From: Pseudomonadota bacterium
GTDB lineage: Bacteria; Pseudomonadota; Gammaproteobacteria; Burkholderiales; JABEVD01
Direction of reading: 5' to 3'
Length of the DNA stretch: 64,000 bases
NCBI GenBank assembly: GCA_021835845.1
Contig: JAKBJU010000005.1
Location: forward strand, 36,505-100,504
This document shows, piece after piece, positions 52,278 to 61,958 of the stretch (positions within the stretch are counted from its first letter, which is position 1; each line of letters starts with the position of its first letter). The position numbers and the translations under genes were made by a program. The notes beneath the pieces are model-generated. The model was given only the letters and a program-made list of their open reading frames with translations, had not been told where the DNA came from and searched no databases.

Positions 52278-53231
52278 ATGCGTATCACGTTACGCCAGTT
52301 GCAGATTTTCGTCGCCGTCGCGCGCACCTCGAGCACAACCGAGGCGGGAAAGAGCCTGCCCCTTTCACAGTCTGCAACCAGCGCGGCCATCAACGACATA
52401 GAAAGCCTGCTCAACACCCAGTTGTTCGATCGAGTCGGAAAGCGCCTCGTGCTCAATGACAACGGACGACTGCTCCTGCCCAATGCGCTTGCCCTGATCG
52501 AGGGGGCAATCGATCTCGAACAGCAGTTTTCGACTGCCCGGACCGGGATGGTTTCGCAACTTCGTTTGGGGGCGAGCACGACCATTGGCAACTACATCCT
52601 GCCCGGCCTGCTTGCCGGCTGCCGCAGGGAGCAATTCGGAGAATGCGAAGCGGCGCCTAGCATGCGAGTGGACATTGCCAATAGTTCAAAAATCGCCGAA
52701 GCAGTCGCGAATTACGAGATAGATGCCGGCTTTATAGAAGGACACTGCCATGTGCCGAATCTTGAAGTCATTCCCTGGATTCAGGATGAGCTGCTGATCG
52801 TCGCCTCCCCGACCCATGCCATAGCCAGGAAGGGCAAGGTTGATTTCGATACGCTTCAGCAGGTGCAATGGCTGATGCGAGAATCCGGGTCGGGCACGCG
52901 CGAGACCGTGGAATACGAATTGCTGAGGCATCTGAGCCATCTGAACATCGGAATGGAATTCGGCGGAGCGGAAGCGATCAAGCGTGCAACCTCGGAGGGC
53001 CTCGGAATAAGCTGCCTGTCGCGATGGGCCGTTGCGGATTATCTGGAAACCGGGCAATTGATCATCCTGGAAACCGAATTGCCCAAGCTGACCCGGAAAT
53101 TCCACATCATCCTGCACAAGCAAAAATATCTTTCTGACAATCTCAAGCATTTTCTGAACCATTGTGCTGGAAGCGAGATATTCACGTCGTCGCTCATGCC
53201 AAGCGAAGCAATCTGCTTGTCGCCGGCATGA
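52278..53231 (+). CDS. LysR-family transcriptional regulator
   Basis: MRITLRQLQIFVAVARTSSTTEAGKSLPLSQSATSAAINDIE..LFDRVGKR. Confidence 0.9.
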   Translation: MRITLRQLQIFVAVARTSSTTEAGKSLPLSQSATSAAINDIESLLNTQLFDRVGKRLVLNDNGRLLLPNALALIEGAIDLEQQFSTARTGMVSQLRLGASTTIGNYILPGLLAGCRREQFGECEAAPSMRVDIANSSKIAEAVANYEIDAGFIEGHCHVPNLEVIPWIQDELLIVASPTHAIARKGKVDFDTLQQVQWLMRESGSGTRETVEYELLRHLSHLNIGMEFGGAEAIKRATSEGLGISCLSRWAVADYLETGQLIILETELPKLTRKFHIILHKQKYLSDNLKHFLNHCAGSEIFTSSLMPSEAICLSPA

Positions 53232-53332
53232 CCCGCACGAGCCCCGATGCAAAAATATAAACAATATCAATGCAGTATTGGTTAATATGGGCTTCCGTAC
53301 CGTTTTTGATACGAAACTCAATGTGGCGCAGA

Positions 53333-56300
53333 TCAACTGGAGGCTGAGCCTCTTTCCAGAGACCAGCGAGTATCGTCGACTAGCCATTGCAGTAGCGCAT
53401 CGAAAGGCATCGGGTGCCCGATATAAAAACCCTGCCCCTGATCGCACTGATTCTCGACCAGAAATGAGAGCTGCTCTTCGGTTTCTATGCCTTCCGCAAT
53501 GACGGGGATCTTCAGGTTATGCCCCATGGCAATGATCGCGGTGATCAAGGCCGCATTCCCCGCGTCCCCAGTCACATCCCGGACGAAGGACTGGTCGATC
53601 TTGAGCTGGCTTATCGGGTAGCGTTTCAGGTAACTCAGGCTTGAATACCCGGTTCCGAAATCGTCGATGGCGATTCCCACCCCAAGCACATGCAGCGCCT
53701 CCAGAGCGGTGGCGACATCGCTTCTTTCATCCATCAGCACGCTTTCGGTGATCTCCAACTCCAGCTGAGCACTTTCCAGGCTAGCCTGCCCGAGAGCATT
53801 TCTAACCAGCATGACCAGATTGCCGTTCATGAATTGCCGCGGCGATATATTGACTGCGACCTTGAGCGCTACGCCCAGCAGCTTTTCCATCCTTTTTGCA
53901 TCACGACAGGCCGCCTCCAGCACCCATTGGCCGATCCGCAAGATGAGCCCTGTTTCTTCAGCCAGGGGAATGAAAGTGGAAGGCGGCACATGCTGATCGC
54001 TCCCGTTGTGCATGCGCAGCAAAGCCTCGACGCCCAGTACGGTCTTCGACTTCAAATCCACTTTCGGCTGATAGAACAAGGAAAAGCCGTCGCTTTCAAT
54101 GGCAAGATGAAGCTCCCTTTCAATGCTCAACCGGTTCGCCGCCCCCCTGTCCATTTCCCGCGAATACATCTTGTATCCGTTGCGCCCATGCTCCTTGACC
54201 CAGTACATCGCCACATCGGCACATCGCAGAAGCTCGTTCATGTCGTGGCCGTCGCGGGGACAAATGCTGAATCCGATGCTCGACGTAATGTGTACTTCCT
54301 GAATGCCCACATTGATCGGCTGCATCAATGCCTTGTGGATGCGCCCGGCGACGAGCGACACTCCAGTCGCGTCGGTTTCGCTCAGAAGCAGGACGAATTC
54401 GTCTCCTCCCATCCTGGCAAGCGTGTCGGTTGGCCGCAGGCAAGAAGAAACACGTTCCACGAACTCCTTGAGCAGCCTGTCTCCGATGTGATGACCCATC
54501 GAGTCGTTGATATGCTTGAAACGGTCGATGTCCATCATGCCCAATGCAAACGGGATATTGCTTCTGTGCTGCTGCTCGATCGCCACCATTATCCTGTCAT
54601 CAAGCAGGGCACGATTGGGCAGTCCGGTCAGTACATCGTGCAGGGCAATGTGCCTGATGTATTCCTTGGCCCGCATTTCCTCGGAAATGTCGTAGGCAAT
54701 GCCGATGAACCCCTGGATTACATCGTTCTCATCGCGCAATGCGCTCACCGAAAGATGCACGGGAAAGCGTGACCCGTCCTTGCGAATGTAGGTCCATTCA
54801 TGTTCTTCCTGGAAAGTTTTCCTGGCCTTTGCGACGAACACCTCGAAATCCGGCGGCACCGCACAGCCGAGCTCCTGGCTCAATGCCGCAGCGCGCTCCC
54901 TGATTTCATCGGCATCGTGAAATAGCAGCGGATTGGCTTTGCCGACCACCTCATTCGCGTCATACCAGAGCATGCGCTCTGCAGCCTTGTTGAAAGTGAG
55001 TATGGTGCCGTCGATGTCGGTGGAAATGATCGAGTAGGCTGCATTTTCAACGATCGCGGTGCGCAGGCGGTTCGAGTATTCGAGCTGCTGGAACAGGCGT
55101 TTTTCCTGCGTGATGTTCCTGAAGGTGACGGCAATACCACCGGGCATGGCCACCGCCTGGCGCTGATACCATTGGGTTGCGCCATCGCTGGCCAGGGAAA
55201 ATTCGTTGGTCAGCGGATTTCCCGTGAGAACCACTTTCCTGTATTGATCGAAAATGTCCCGCTGTTCCGGAAAGAGTTCCAGCAACGAATGTCCAACCAG
55301 GCCATCGGCTGGCAGTCTGGCCATTTCTGCCGCATGAGAATTGGCGTAGATGTAGCGGAAATCGACAATATCTCCGCCCTCGCTTTTCATGCTCTCACCA
55401 ATCACGAACCCATCCGGGCTGCTTTCCCTTGCCGCCTCGAAGCGGGCTCTCGCAATTCTTTCAGAAGCATGGGCATTTGCTAGATCCTGGGTCAGCGGGC
55501 TGACCCGAAGACGGGTGATCCATAGTCCCAGGGCGACCAGAATGGCGATCAAGGGAAGCGCAATCAAGAGTTCCCGTTTGACCGGGGCGTAAACTTCTGC
55601 GACATCCATTTTCAGAACCAGACCCAGCCCTGTATTACCCACGGGGCCGTAGGCTGACAGGACATTTCGTCCCCGGTAATCGATCGACGAGAAAATGCCG
55701 CTTTCGCCGGCGAGTGCATGCATCATCGGCAGCGGTTTCCCATTGAAAGTGTCCGGAATCACATACATGGAAACCTGTTCACGCTGCGGAAAGCATAGCA
55801 GTCTGCTCCGATCGAGGCGACTGCACATCGGCATGGTGCCGGTATTTCCCCAGCGGCTGGATTCGTCGAAAATCCTGTTCACATCGCGAAGTTCCTGTTC
55901 GAACACCATGAAACCTTCCGGGACGCCGCGAATCGCTTGTTTTACGGGGATCAGTACGCGCAGGTAGTAGCCATTATCCCAGGCGAGATAAACTTCTCCT
56001 TTCCGGTTAAGACGGGAGAAGGCGGTTTTATCCGAAACAAGACGCCCCACAACAACTCTGCTCCGGGTGCCATCCTCCAGGCCGATTCCGGAGAACCCGT
56101 ATGCAAGCAAGCTGGAAATCGGGATATCCCGCGCCATGGTCGATTTGGCTTTGCCAAACCAGAGAGATACCAAGGATTTGAGTTCGGGGTCCTGACTCGC
56201 TACTGTCGTGCGCTCTATGCGGTCGTCGAGCGCGGCTTCGATCTGCGAGCGTCTCGCACTCAAGCTTTGCTGCATATCCAGTGTCGCCTGATTCAGCATG

Positions 56301-57043
56301 GCTTTCTCTAGAAACCAGATCCCGGTCAGGCCGACGGCGACAGAGGTGAGGATGACCACGAAGACCGTGGTGTGGTAAATCTGCCTGGCTCTTTGTTCAG
56401 CTGCTATAGCGAAGGCGCTTTCTTCGCAGCGAATCGCAAGACACAGCAGGCCGGCACCTAGCAGGGTCATGCCGACGGCGGTGGGCAGGGACATCCATAT
56501 CAGTCCCGTCTCGATATACAGCGTTTCGAAAAGATACTGCAGCTTGAGCCAGTATCCGAAGATAACGGTCAGTCCCATGGCGAGCAGCAGGGCAGCCATT
56601 GTGCCGGCAAGCATACGCATCTTCCGGTCAGCAGCCCGCCAAACGGACAGCATCCCGATTCCGAATCCCAAGAATCCCGTCACCGTCTGCGGCGACATGT
56701 GGCCGACGCTCTGGAACTGCGCTCCCCAAACCAGCGCCAGAAAATCGATGCCGGCGAATTGCCGATGGGCAGCAATTTCAAGTCCCATTGCCCCGGCAAG
56801 CAGCATAGTCAGCCAGACAAGCATGCGCGCTGCTAAGGATTCCCGGCTTCCGAGCAGAGACAGCCCGCTCAAGACGAAACAGAGTGCCGTGCCAGGCACC
56901 ATGGGAATCCAGTCGGGGTCGATGCGCGTCAGCAGGGGAATGCCGAATGCCCAACCAGCGAGAACCGTGCTGCCGATCAGAAAGGTGAATATGCCGGCAA
57001 GGAAAACGATTTTATGGCGATCAGTTCGCTGGAAGGCTGGCAT
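53333..57043 (-). CDS. Multi-domain c-di-GMP protein: polytopic N-terminal sensor, extracytoplasmic domain, 2 PAS, GGDEF, EAL
   Basis: 1236 aa. About 8 TM helices, then a roughly 250-aa loop between two further TM helices. GGDEF: RPTDTLARMGGDEF. EAL: EALLRM..DDFGTGYSSLSYL..QGFY. Confidence 0.88.
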   Translation of the reverse strand: MPAFQRTDRHKIVFLAGIFTFLIGSTVLAGWAFGIPLLTRIDPDWIPMVPGTALCFVLSGLSLLGSRESLAARMLVWLTMLLAGAMGLEIAAHRQFAGIDFLALVWGAQFQSVGHMSPQTVTGFLGFGIGMLSVWRAADRKMRMLAGTMAALLLAMGLTVIFGYWLKLQYLFETLYIETGLIWMSLPTAVGMTLLGAGLLCLAIRCEESAFAIAAEQRARQIYHTTVFVVILTSVAVGLTGIWFLEKAMLNQATLDMQQSLSARRSQIEAALDDRIERTTVASQDPELKSLVSLWFGKAKSTMARDIPISSLLAYGFSGIGLEDGTRSRVVVGRLVSDKTAFSRLNRKGEVYLAWDNGYYLRVLIPVKQAIRGVPEGFMVFEQELRDVNRIFDESSRWGNTGTMPMCSRLDRSRLLCFPQREQVSMYVIPDTFNGKPLPMMHALAGESGIFSSIDYRGRNVLSAYGPVGNTGLGLVLKMDVAEVYAPVKRELLIALPLIAILVALGLWITRLRVSPLTQDLANAHASERIARARFEAARESSPDGFVIGESMKSEGGDIVDFRYIYANSHAAEMARLPADGLVGHSLLELFPEQRDIFDQYRKVVLTGNPLTNEFSLASDGATQWYQRQAVAMPGGIAVTFRNITQEKRLFQQLEYSNRLRTAIVENAAYSIISTDIDGTILTFNKAAERMLWYDANEVVGKANPLLFHDADEIRERAAALSQELGCAVPPDFEVFVAKARKTFQEEHEWTYIRKDGSRFPVHLSVSALRDENDVIQGFIGIAYDISEEMRAKEYIRHIALHDVLTGLPNRALLDDRIMVAIEQQHRSNIPFALGMMDIDRFKHINDSMGHHIGDRLLKEFVERVSSCLRPTDTLARMGGDEFVLLLSETDATGVSLVAGRIHKALMQPINVGIQEVHITSSIGFSICPRDGHDMNELLRCADVAMYWVKEHGRNGYKMYSREMDRGAANRLSIERELHLAIESDGFSLFYQPKVDLKSKTVLGVEALLRMHNGSDQHVPPSTFIPLAEETGLILRIGQWVLEAACRDAKRMEKLLGVALKVAVNISPRQFMNGNLVMLVRNALGQASLESAQLELEITESVLMDERSDVATALEALHVLGVGIAIDDFGTGYSSLSYLKRYPISQLKIDQSFVRDVTGDAGNAALITAIIAMGHNLKIPVIAEGIETEEQLSFLVENQCDQGQGFYIGHPMPFDALLQWLVDDTRWSLERGSASS

Positions 57044-57162
57044 AACAGGCTTTATCGTGCGCTATTACCCCAACAGTAGTCCAATCGCCCTGATTTGCCA
57101 GATGAAGGTGATTCGAGAATGGCTGGCAAGTCCAGCGCGGCGTTGTTCTTCCCGGCCGAAGC

Positions 57163-58188
57163 TCAGGTGCCGTATATTGTCGTCCTGTTTCTTCCCCGGG
57201 TTTTCGAGGCGTACAGCGCCTTGTCGGCTTGATTGAGCAATTGGTTGATGTCTCCATTCACGGTGAGACTGGCAACGCCGATGGAAACGGTGACAGCGCC
57301 TATGGATTCCTGCGAATCGATGCGGCGGATCTTTCCGATTTCTATACTCTTCCTGATATGCTCGGCAACTGCATATGCGCCGGCAGCTGGCGTCTCGGGT
57401 AGCAGTACGGCGAATTCCTCCCCGCCCAGCCTTGCCACGGAATCCTGCCCCTTGACCTTGGATTTCAGCATTTCCGCCACAGCCCTGATCACCTTGTCGC
57501 CAACCAGATGCCCATAGGTGTCGTTGATTTTTTTGAAATGGTCGATATCAATCATCAGGAGACATATTTCTTTGCCCGAAGAAGCGCTTTCGTCCAGAAT
57601 CCGCGAAGTGGCCTTTTCAAATCCGCGGCGGTTGAGAATTCCGGTCAAGGGGTCGATCATGGCTTCTCCCTTGGCAGACTCAAGCTCCCGATGAAGTTCT
57701 TCGACTTCCTGCTTGCTGTGCTCCAGCTGGTTCTGCAGGTTCAGCACGCTGCCGCGCATGTGTTCGGTATCCTCGACCATCTCTCCGATCAGTTTCCCCA
57801 GGGCGGATTCGTCGAGGTTCTGCTTGAGCTTTTCCCCATAGGATTGAAGATTGTCCCCGAACCCCATGGCGCGCCTGTCTGTTTCTTCGGTGAATCCCGC
57901 AAGCTTGCCCAGGATTTTCTGGAGATCCTGCCTGAGAAGCTTGTGGATATCCAGGTTGCATTCCGAAACATATTCCGCATAGAGTTTCTCGATTGCCTCA
58001 TCGTCGAGCCTGGTTTCCGAATCGAGATACTGCCCAAGCGCATCTGACAAGGCCGGATTGATCCCGGCAAGATGCTCGAACCACACTGCGTAGGCCCATG
58101 GGGTGAAGGAGGAGGGATGAGCGGCCATTTTCTGGATGACCAGCCTCAGAATTTCCCCGCTTGCATCGCGCCCCTGTTCGTATCTCAT
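57163..58188 (-). CDS. Diguanylate cyclase with an uncharacterised N-terminal domain and coiled coil
   Basis: Start MRYEQGRD at 58188. DPLTGILNRRG..IDHFKKINDTYGH..ARLGGEEF. No RxxD I-site (KGQD instead). Confidence 0.85.
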   Translation of the reverse strand: MRYEQGRDASGEILRLVIQKMAAHPSSFTPWAYAVWFEHLAGINPALSDALGQYLDSETRLDDEAIEKLYAEYVSECNLDIHKLLRQDLQKILGKLAGFTEETDRRAMGFGDNLQSYGEKLKQNLDESALGKLIGEMVEDTEHMRGSVLNLQNQLEHSKQEVEELHRELESAKGEAMIDPLTGILNRRGFEKATSRILDESASSGKEICLLMIDIDHFKKINDTYGHLVGDKVIRAVAEMLKSKVKGQDSVARLGGEEFAVLLPETPAAGAYAVAEHIRKSIEIGKIRRIDSQESIGAVTVSIGVASLTVNGDINQLLNQADKALYASKTRGRNRTTIYGT

Positions 58189-58309
58189 CGTTCGCAATCT
58201 TCTCTTTTGATTGAAAAGGCATTTTAGCAGAAGGTTTGGATCAAGTCTTTCCCTGAGACGCCACAAACGCGATGGGGTATCATTCAGCCCAATACTTGAG
58301 GAGAGAAGC

Positions 58310-59182
58310 ATGGATTCAAAACTGGAAGCAACATTTGGCGAAGTGGATTTTGTGGAAGGCCAGAACGGATTCGAACTGGTCGAGGTGAAAAATTCTGCAG
58401 GAAGCGCCACCATCGCCCTGCAGGGCGCGCAGCTGCTTTCCTGGACGCCGGCCGGCGAAAAACCGGTAGTCTGGCTCTCGAAAAATGCGAAATACATGCA
58501 GGGGAAATCGGTGAGGGGCGGCATTCCCATTTGCTGGCCCTGGTTCGGGCCGCATCCGGAAGAATCTTCCTATCCCGCTCACGGTTTCGCCAGGAACCTC
58601 GTCTGGGAAGTGGGTGGAACGAAAAGCCTGACGGATGCGACTCAGGTCGTTCTGCGCCTGGTTCCGAACGAGGCATCCTGGCCTTACCCTTCCGAGCTTG
58701 AATGCCGGATCAAGGTGGGCCAGACATTGGAAATGGAATTGATCACCCAGAATACAGGACTTGAGCCTTTTACACTGGGATGCGCCCTGCATACCTATTT
58801 CGAGGTGGGCGACGTAAGAAAAATCGAAATCCTGGGGCTGGAGGAAGCCGCCTATATCGACAAGGTGAATGGCGGTAAAAATCGGCAATCCGGCCCGGTG
58901 ACAGTGAATTCCGAGGTCGACAGGATCTATCTCGACACAGCGTCGGATTGTCTGATTCGTGACCCGATTTACAACCGCGTCATCCGGGTGGAAAAAGAAG
59001 GGAGCCGCTCGACCGTGGTGTGGAATCCCTGGGTGGACAAGGCTGACAAAATGGGTGACCTCGGAGATGACGGCTACCTGAACATGCTGTGCGTCGAGAG
59101 CTGCAATGCGGCAGATGATGTCGCCATCGTCCCTCCGGGAAAATCGCACCGGCTCTCGGCCAGGTATTCAGTCCTCGCATGA
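58310..59182 (+). CDS. D-hexose-6-phosphate mutarotase (aldose 1-epimerase family, YeaD-like)
   Basis: ATG at 58310 after GAGGAGAG. GGIPICWPWFGPH..YPAHGFARN. Confidence 0.8.
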   Translation: MDSKLEATFGEVDFVEGQNGFELVEVKNSAGSATIALQGAQLLSWTPAGEKPVVWLSKNAKYMQGKSVRGGIPICWPWFGPHPEESSYPAHGFARNLVWEVGGTKSLTDATQVVLRLVPNEASWPYPSELECRIKVGQTLEMELITQNTGLEPFTLGCALHTYFEVGDVRKIEILGLEEAAYIDKVNGGKNRQSGPVTVNSEVDRIYLDTASDCLIRDPIYNRVIRVEKEGSRSTVVWNPWVDKADKMGDLGDDGYLNMLCVESCNAADDVAIVPPGKSHRLSARYSVLA

Positions 59183-59288
59183 AACTTCAGGCACCATAAG
59201 CATGCACTGATGCACTCGAATGCACCGGAAATGACTCAACATTTCCGGGCCGCCATTGAATTCCCTATAAAATCAGCGTGGTAGTTTC

Positions 59289-59304
59289 TGGCACGGACAT
59301 TGCA
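59289..59304 (+). promoter_or_regulatory. Sigma-54 (-24/-12) promoter: CTGGCACGGACATTGCAA
   Basis: Exact match to YTGGCACGrNNNTTGCW. 43 nt upstream of the mini-ORF ATG at 59347. Confidence 0.7.
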
Positions 59305-59346
59305 AAACGATGATTGGCTTCAATCCATCATGAAAGGAGAACCATC

Positions 59347-59448
59347 ATGAACGATTACGAAATCATCGGCGAAATCGCTTTCGAGTTGTGCCTGATACTG
59401 TCCTTCATCTCGCTGGATGAAATTTTGTCCAGGAGAAAGGAAAAATAA
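59347..59448 (+). CDS. 33-codon mini-ORF downstream of the sigma-54 promoter
   Basis: AAAGGAGAA Shine-Dalgarno 7 nt upstream. MNDYEIIGEIAFELCLILSFISLDEILSRRKEK*. Below the ORF-track cutoff. Confidence 0.35.
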   Translation: MNDYEIIGEIAFELCLILSFISLDEILSRRKEK

Positions 59449-59538
59449 GCGTCGTGAAAATCCGGAATGCTCGGCTTCGATGATGCGCAAAAAAAAAGAG
59501 AGCCGAGCACTACTTCCGGAAGTGCATCGAGCATCTTT

Positions 59539-60117
59539 TCAGATCGCCCGCATCCCCTCGCGCTCGAGCATGCCGACCAGGGCGATGAGCGGCAGTCCGA
59601 TCAGCGCGTTGGGATCTTCTCCATGCATGGATGCGATCAGGGCAATGCCCAACCCTTCTGATTTTGCGCTCCCTGCGCAATGATAGGGCTCTTCGATTTT
59701 CAGATAGTTCTCGATCTGGGCATCGGAATAATTGCGGAATGAAACGAAGCAGGGGACGCTGGTCGACTGGATGCGTCCTTCCCGGCTGTTGTACAGGCAA
59801 AGCGCGCTGTGGAAGACGACCGTTTTGCCGCGCATCGCTTTCAGTTGCCTGAATGCATTGTCAAAGGTATACGGCTTGCCGACCTGCATGCCGTCCAGAA
59901 CCGCAACCTGATCGCATCCGATGACAAGCGCATCAGGATGCGCTCCTCCCACCTTTTTGGCTTTTTCCTCGGCAAGCCGCAATGCGGTGTTTTCAGGCGA
60001 TTCTCCGGGCCAGGGCGTTTCGTCGATCTCAGGAGATTCGACATCGAACGGAAGGCGCAGCCGCTCCAGCAGCATGCGGCGATAAACCGAGGAAGAGGCG
60101 AGTATCAGCTTGCTCAA
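59539..60117 (-). CDS. yceF: Maf-family nucleoside triphosphate pyrophosphatase
   Basis: [32 protein letters not shown]. Divergent from yceD-rpmF-plsX, as in E. coli. Confidence 0.88.
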   Translation of the reverse strand: MSKLILASSSVYRRMLLERLRLPFDVESPEIDETPWPGESPENTALRLAEEKAKKVGGAHPDALVIGCDQVAVLDGMQVGKPYTFDNAFRQLKAMRGKTVVFHSALCLYNSREGRIQSTSVPCFVSFRNYSDAQIENYLKIEEPYHCAGSAKSEGLGIALIASMHGEDPNALIGLPLIALVGMLEREGMRAI

Positions 60118-60185
60118 TTGCGCTCCAGGGGAAACAAGGGGTTCATTTTGACAGAAAAAACAAAAAAATATACAATTGTCCGCTT

Positions 60186-60659
60186 ATGTCCGAGCTGACC
60201 GTCATCGATGGATTCGAATTTGCCAGAATGGGCAGGTCGCTCAGCGGGAAAATGGATGTCTCGCGCATGGACAGGCTGGCCGATTTATTGTATTCCAAAT
60301 CGGGGCAGGTTGACTATGCGCTGGCCGGCGGAGTAGATGCGGAAGGCGCTTTTCTGCTGCATCTTGCAATAGATGGGGTGCTCCATCTGAGGTGCCAACG
60401 CTGCCTGGGGGACATCGAATATCCGCTGGGGCTGAAGGCTGGCCTGAAGCTCGTGAAGGAAGAATCGGACCTCCCGGATATCGAGGAGGAAGATCCGGAT
60501 GTGGATAGCATTGTCGTCAAGGACAAGATGGAAATCTTGTCCCTGATCGAGGACGAAATCCTGCTCGACCTGCCTTTCTCTCCCAGGCATGCGACATGCG
60601 AGAGCGGCAGTGAAATCGTCAGGGAGTCCCCTTTTTCGATCCTGAAGGACAGGATCTAG
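60186..60659 (+). CDS. yceD: DUF177 protein YceD (23S rRNA accumulation protein)
   Basis: LHLRCQRCLGDIEYPL..EDEILLDLPFSPRH. Lies upstream of rpmF. Confidence 0.85.
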   Translation: MSELTVIDGFEFARMGRSLSGKMDVSRMDRLADLLYSKSGQVDYALAGGVDAEGAFLLHLAIDGVLHLRCQRCLGDIEYPLGLKAGLKLVKEESDLPDIEEEDPDVDSIVVKDKMEILSLIEDEILLDLPFSPRHATCESGSEIVRESPFSILKDRI

Positions 60660-60683
60660 ACAGCATTTTTATAGGAGTCGAAC

Positions 60684-60863
60684 ATGGCAGTTCAACAGAA
60701 CAAGAAATCCCCATCCAAGCGCGGCATGCACAGGGCGCATGATTTTCTGACCAACCCGCCGCTCGCAGTCGAGGCCTCCACAGGCGAAGTCCACCTGCGC
60801 CACCATGTCAGCCCGAATGGCTTTTATCGCGGCAAAAAAGTGGCGAAGGGCAAGAGCGAGTAA
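60684..60863 (+). CDS. rpmF: 50S ribosomal protein L32
   Basis: My translation, 59 aa and below the ORF-track cutoff: [39 protein letters not shown] Shine-Dalgarno. Confidence 0.93.
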   Translation: MAVQQNKKSPSKRGMHRAHDFLTNPPLAVEASTGEVHLRHHVSPNGFYRGKKVAKGKSE

Positions 60864-60932
60864 GACAGCCTCGGGATGGCTTTCATCCTCTCCGGCGGTT
60901 CCGGTTTTTTGGCCTGAACTCAGCAAGGATCT

Positions 60933-61958
60933 ATGGATATCACGGTTGCTATCGATTGCATGGGCGGAGACCACGGCCCGGGCGTGACTGTTCCTGCCGC
61001 TTTGAACTTTCTCAAGGAGCATCCCGAAGCGGGTGTCGTCCTGGTCGGCGCCGCAGAGGCCATAGCGGCGGAATTGAAAGCCGGGAATACGGACGTTTCC
61101 TCGCGTCTGCGCATCCAGCCAGCGAGCGAGGTGGTCGAGATGCACGATCCTCCGGCTGCCGCGCTCAAGAACAAGAAGGACTCCTCGATGCGCGTCGCGG
61201 TCAATCTCGTGAAGAGCGGCGAAGCTCAGGCTTGCGTCAGCGCGGGCAATACCGGCGCGCTGATGGCGATTTCCCGCTTCGTTCTGAAGATGGTCCCCGG
61301 CGTGGAAAGGCCGGCCATCATCACCCTTTTGCCGACGCTCAAGGGACATACCTACATGCTCGACATGGGAGCAAACGTCGATTGCAGTGCGGAAAACCTG
61401 CTTCAGTTCGCAGTCATGGGATCGATCCTCGTCTCTTCCGTGGAGCAGATCGAAAAACCGCGGGTAGGCCTGCTCAACGTGGGTGAGGAGGAAATCAAGG
61501 GGAACGAAGTGGTGAAGCGCGCCGCCGATCTCCTGAAGTCCAGCGGACTCAATTTTGTCGGAAACGTCGAAGGGGACGACATCTTCAAGGGGACTGCGGA
61601 GGTCGTGGTTTGCGACGGCTTCGTCGGCAATGTCGCCCTGAAAACTTCCGAAGGACTCGCCCATATGCTGGCCACCTTTCTCAGGGAAGAATACGGCAAG
61701 AATCTCATCACCCGCATTGCCGGACTGATCTCCTTGCCCGTGATCAACGCCTTCAAACACCGCGTCGATCCTCGCCGCTACAACGGTGCCAGCCTTCTCG
61801 GACTGAAAGGGATCGTCATCAAGAGTCACGGCTCCGCAGATGCCTATTCCTTCCAGTGCGCTCTGGGGCGTGCACTGGAAGAGGCGAGAAGCGGGATGCT
61901 CAACGAACTCGGCATGCGCATGCAAATCATGAACCCGCAGCCTGCAGGAGAGATCTGA
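60933..61958 (+). CDS. plsX: Phosphate acyltransferase PlsX
   Basis: [33 protein letters not shown]. Confidence 0.95.
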   Translation: MDITVAIDCMGGDHGPGVTVPAALNFLKEHPEAGVVLVGAAEAIAAELKAGNTDVSSRLRIQPASEVVEMHDPPAAALKNKKDSSMRVAVNLVKSGEAQACVSAGNTGALMAISRFVLKMVPGVERPAIITLLPTLKGHTYMLDMGANVDCSAENLLQFAVMGSILVSSVEQIEKPRVGLLNVGEEEIKGNEVVKRAADLLKSSGLNFVGNVEGDDIFKGTAEVVVCDGFVGNVALKTSEGLAHMLATFLREEYGKNLITRIAGLISLPVINAFKHRVDPRRYNGASLLGLKGIVIKSHGSADAYSFQCALGRALEEARSGMLNELGMRMQIMNPQPAGEI

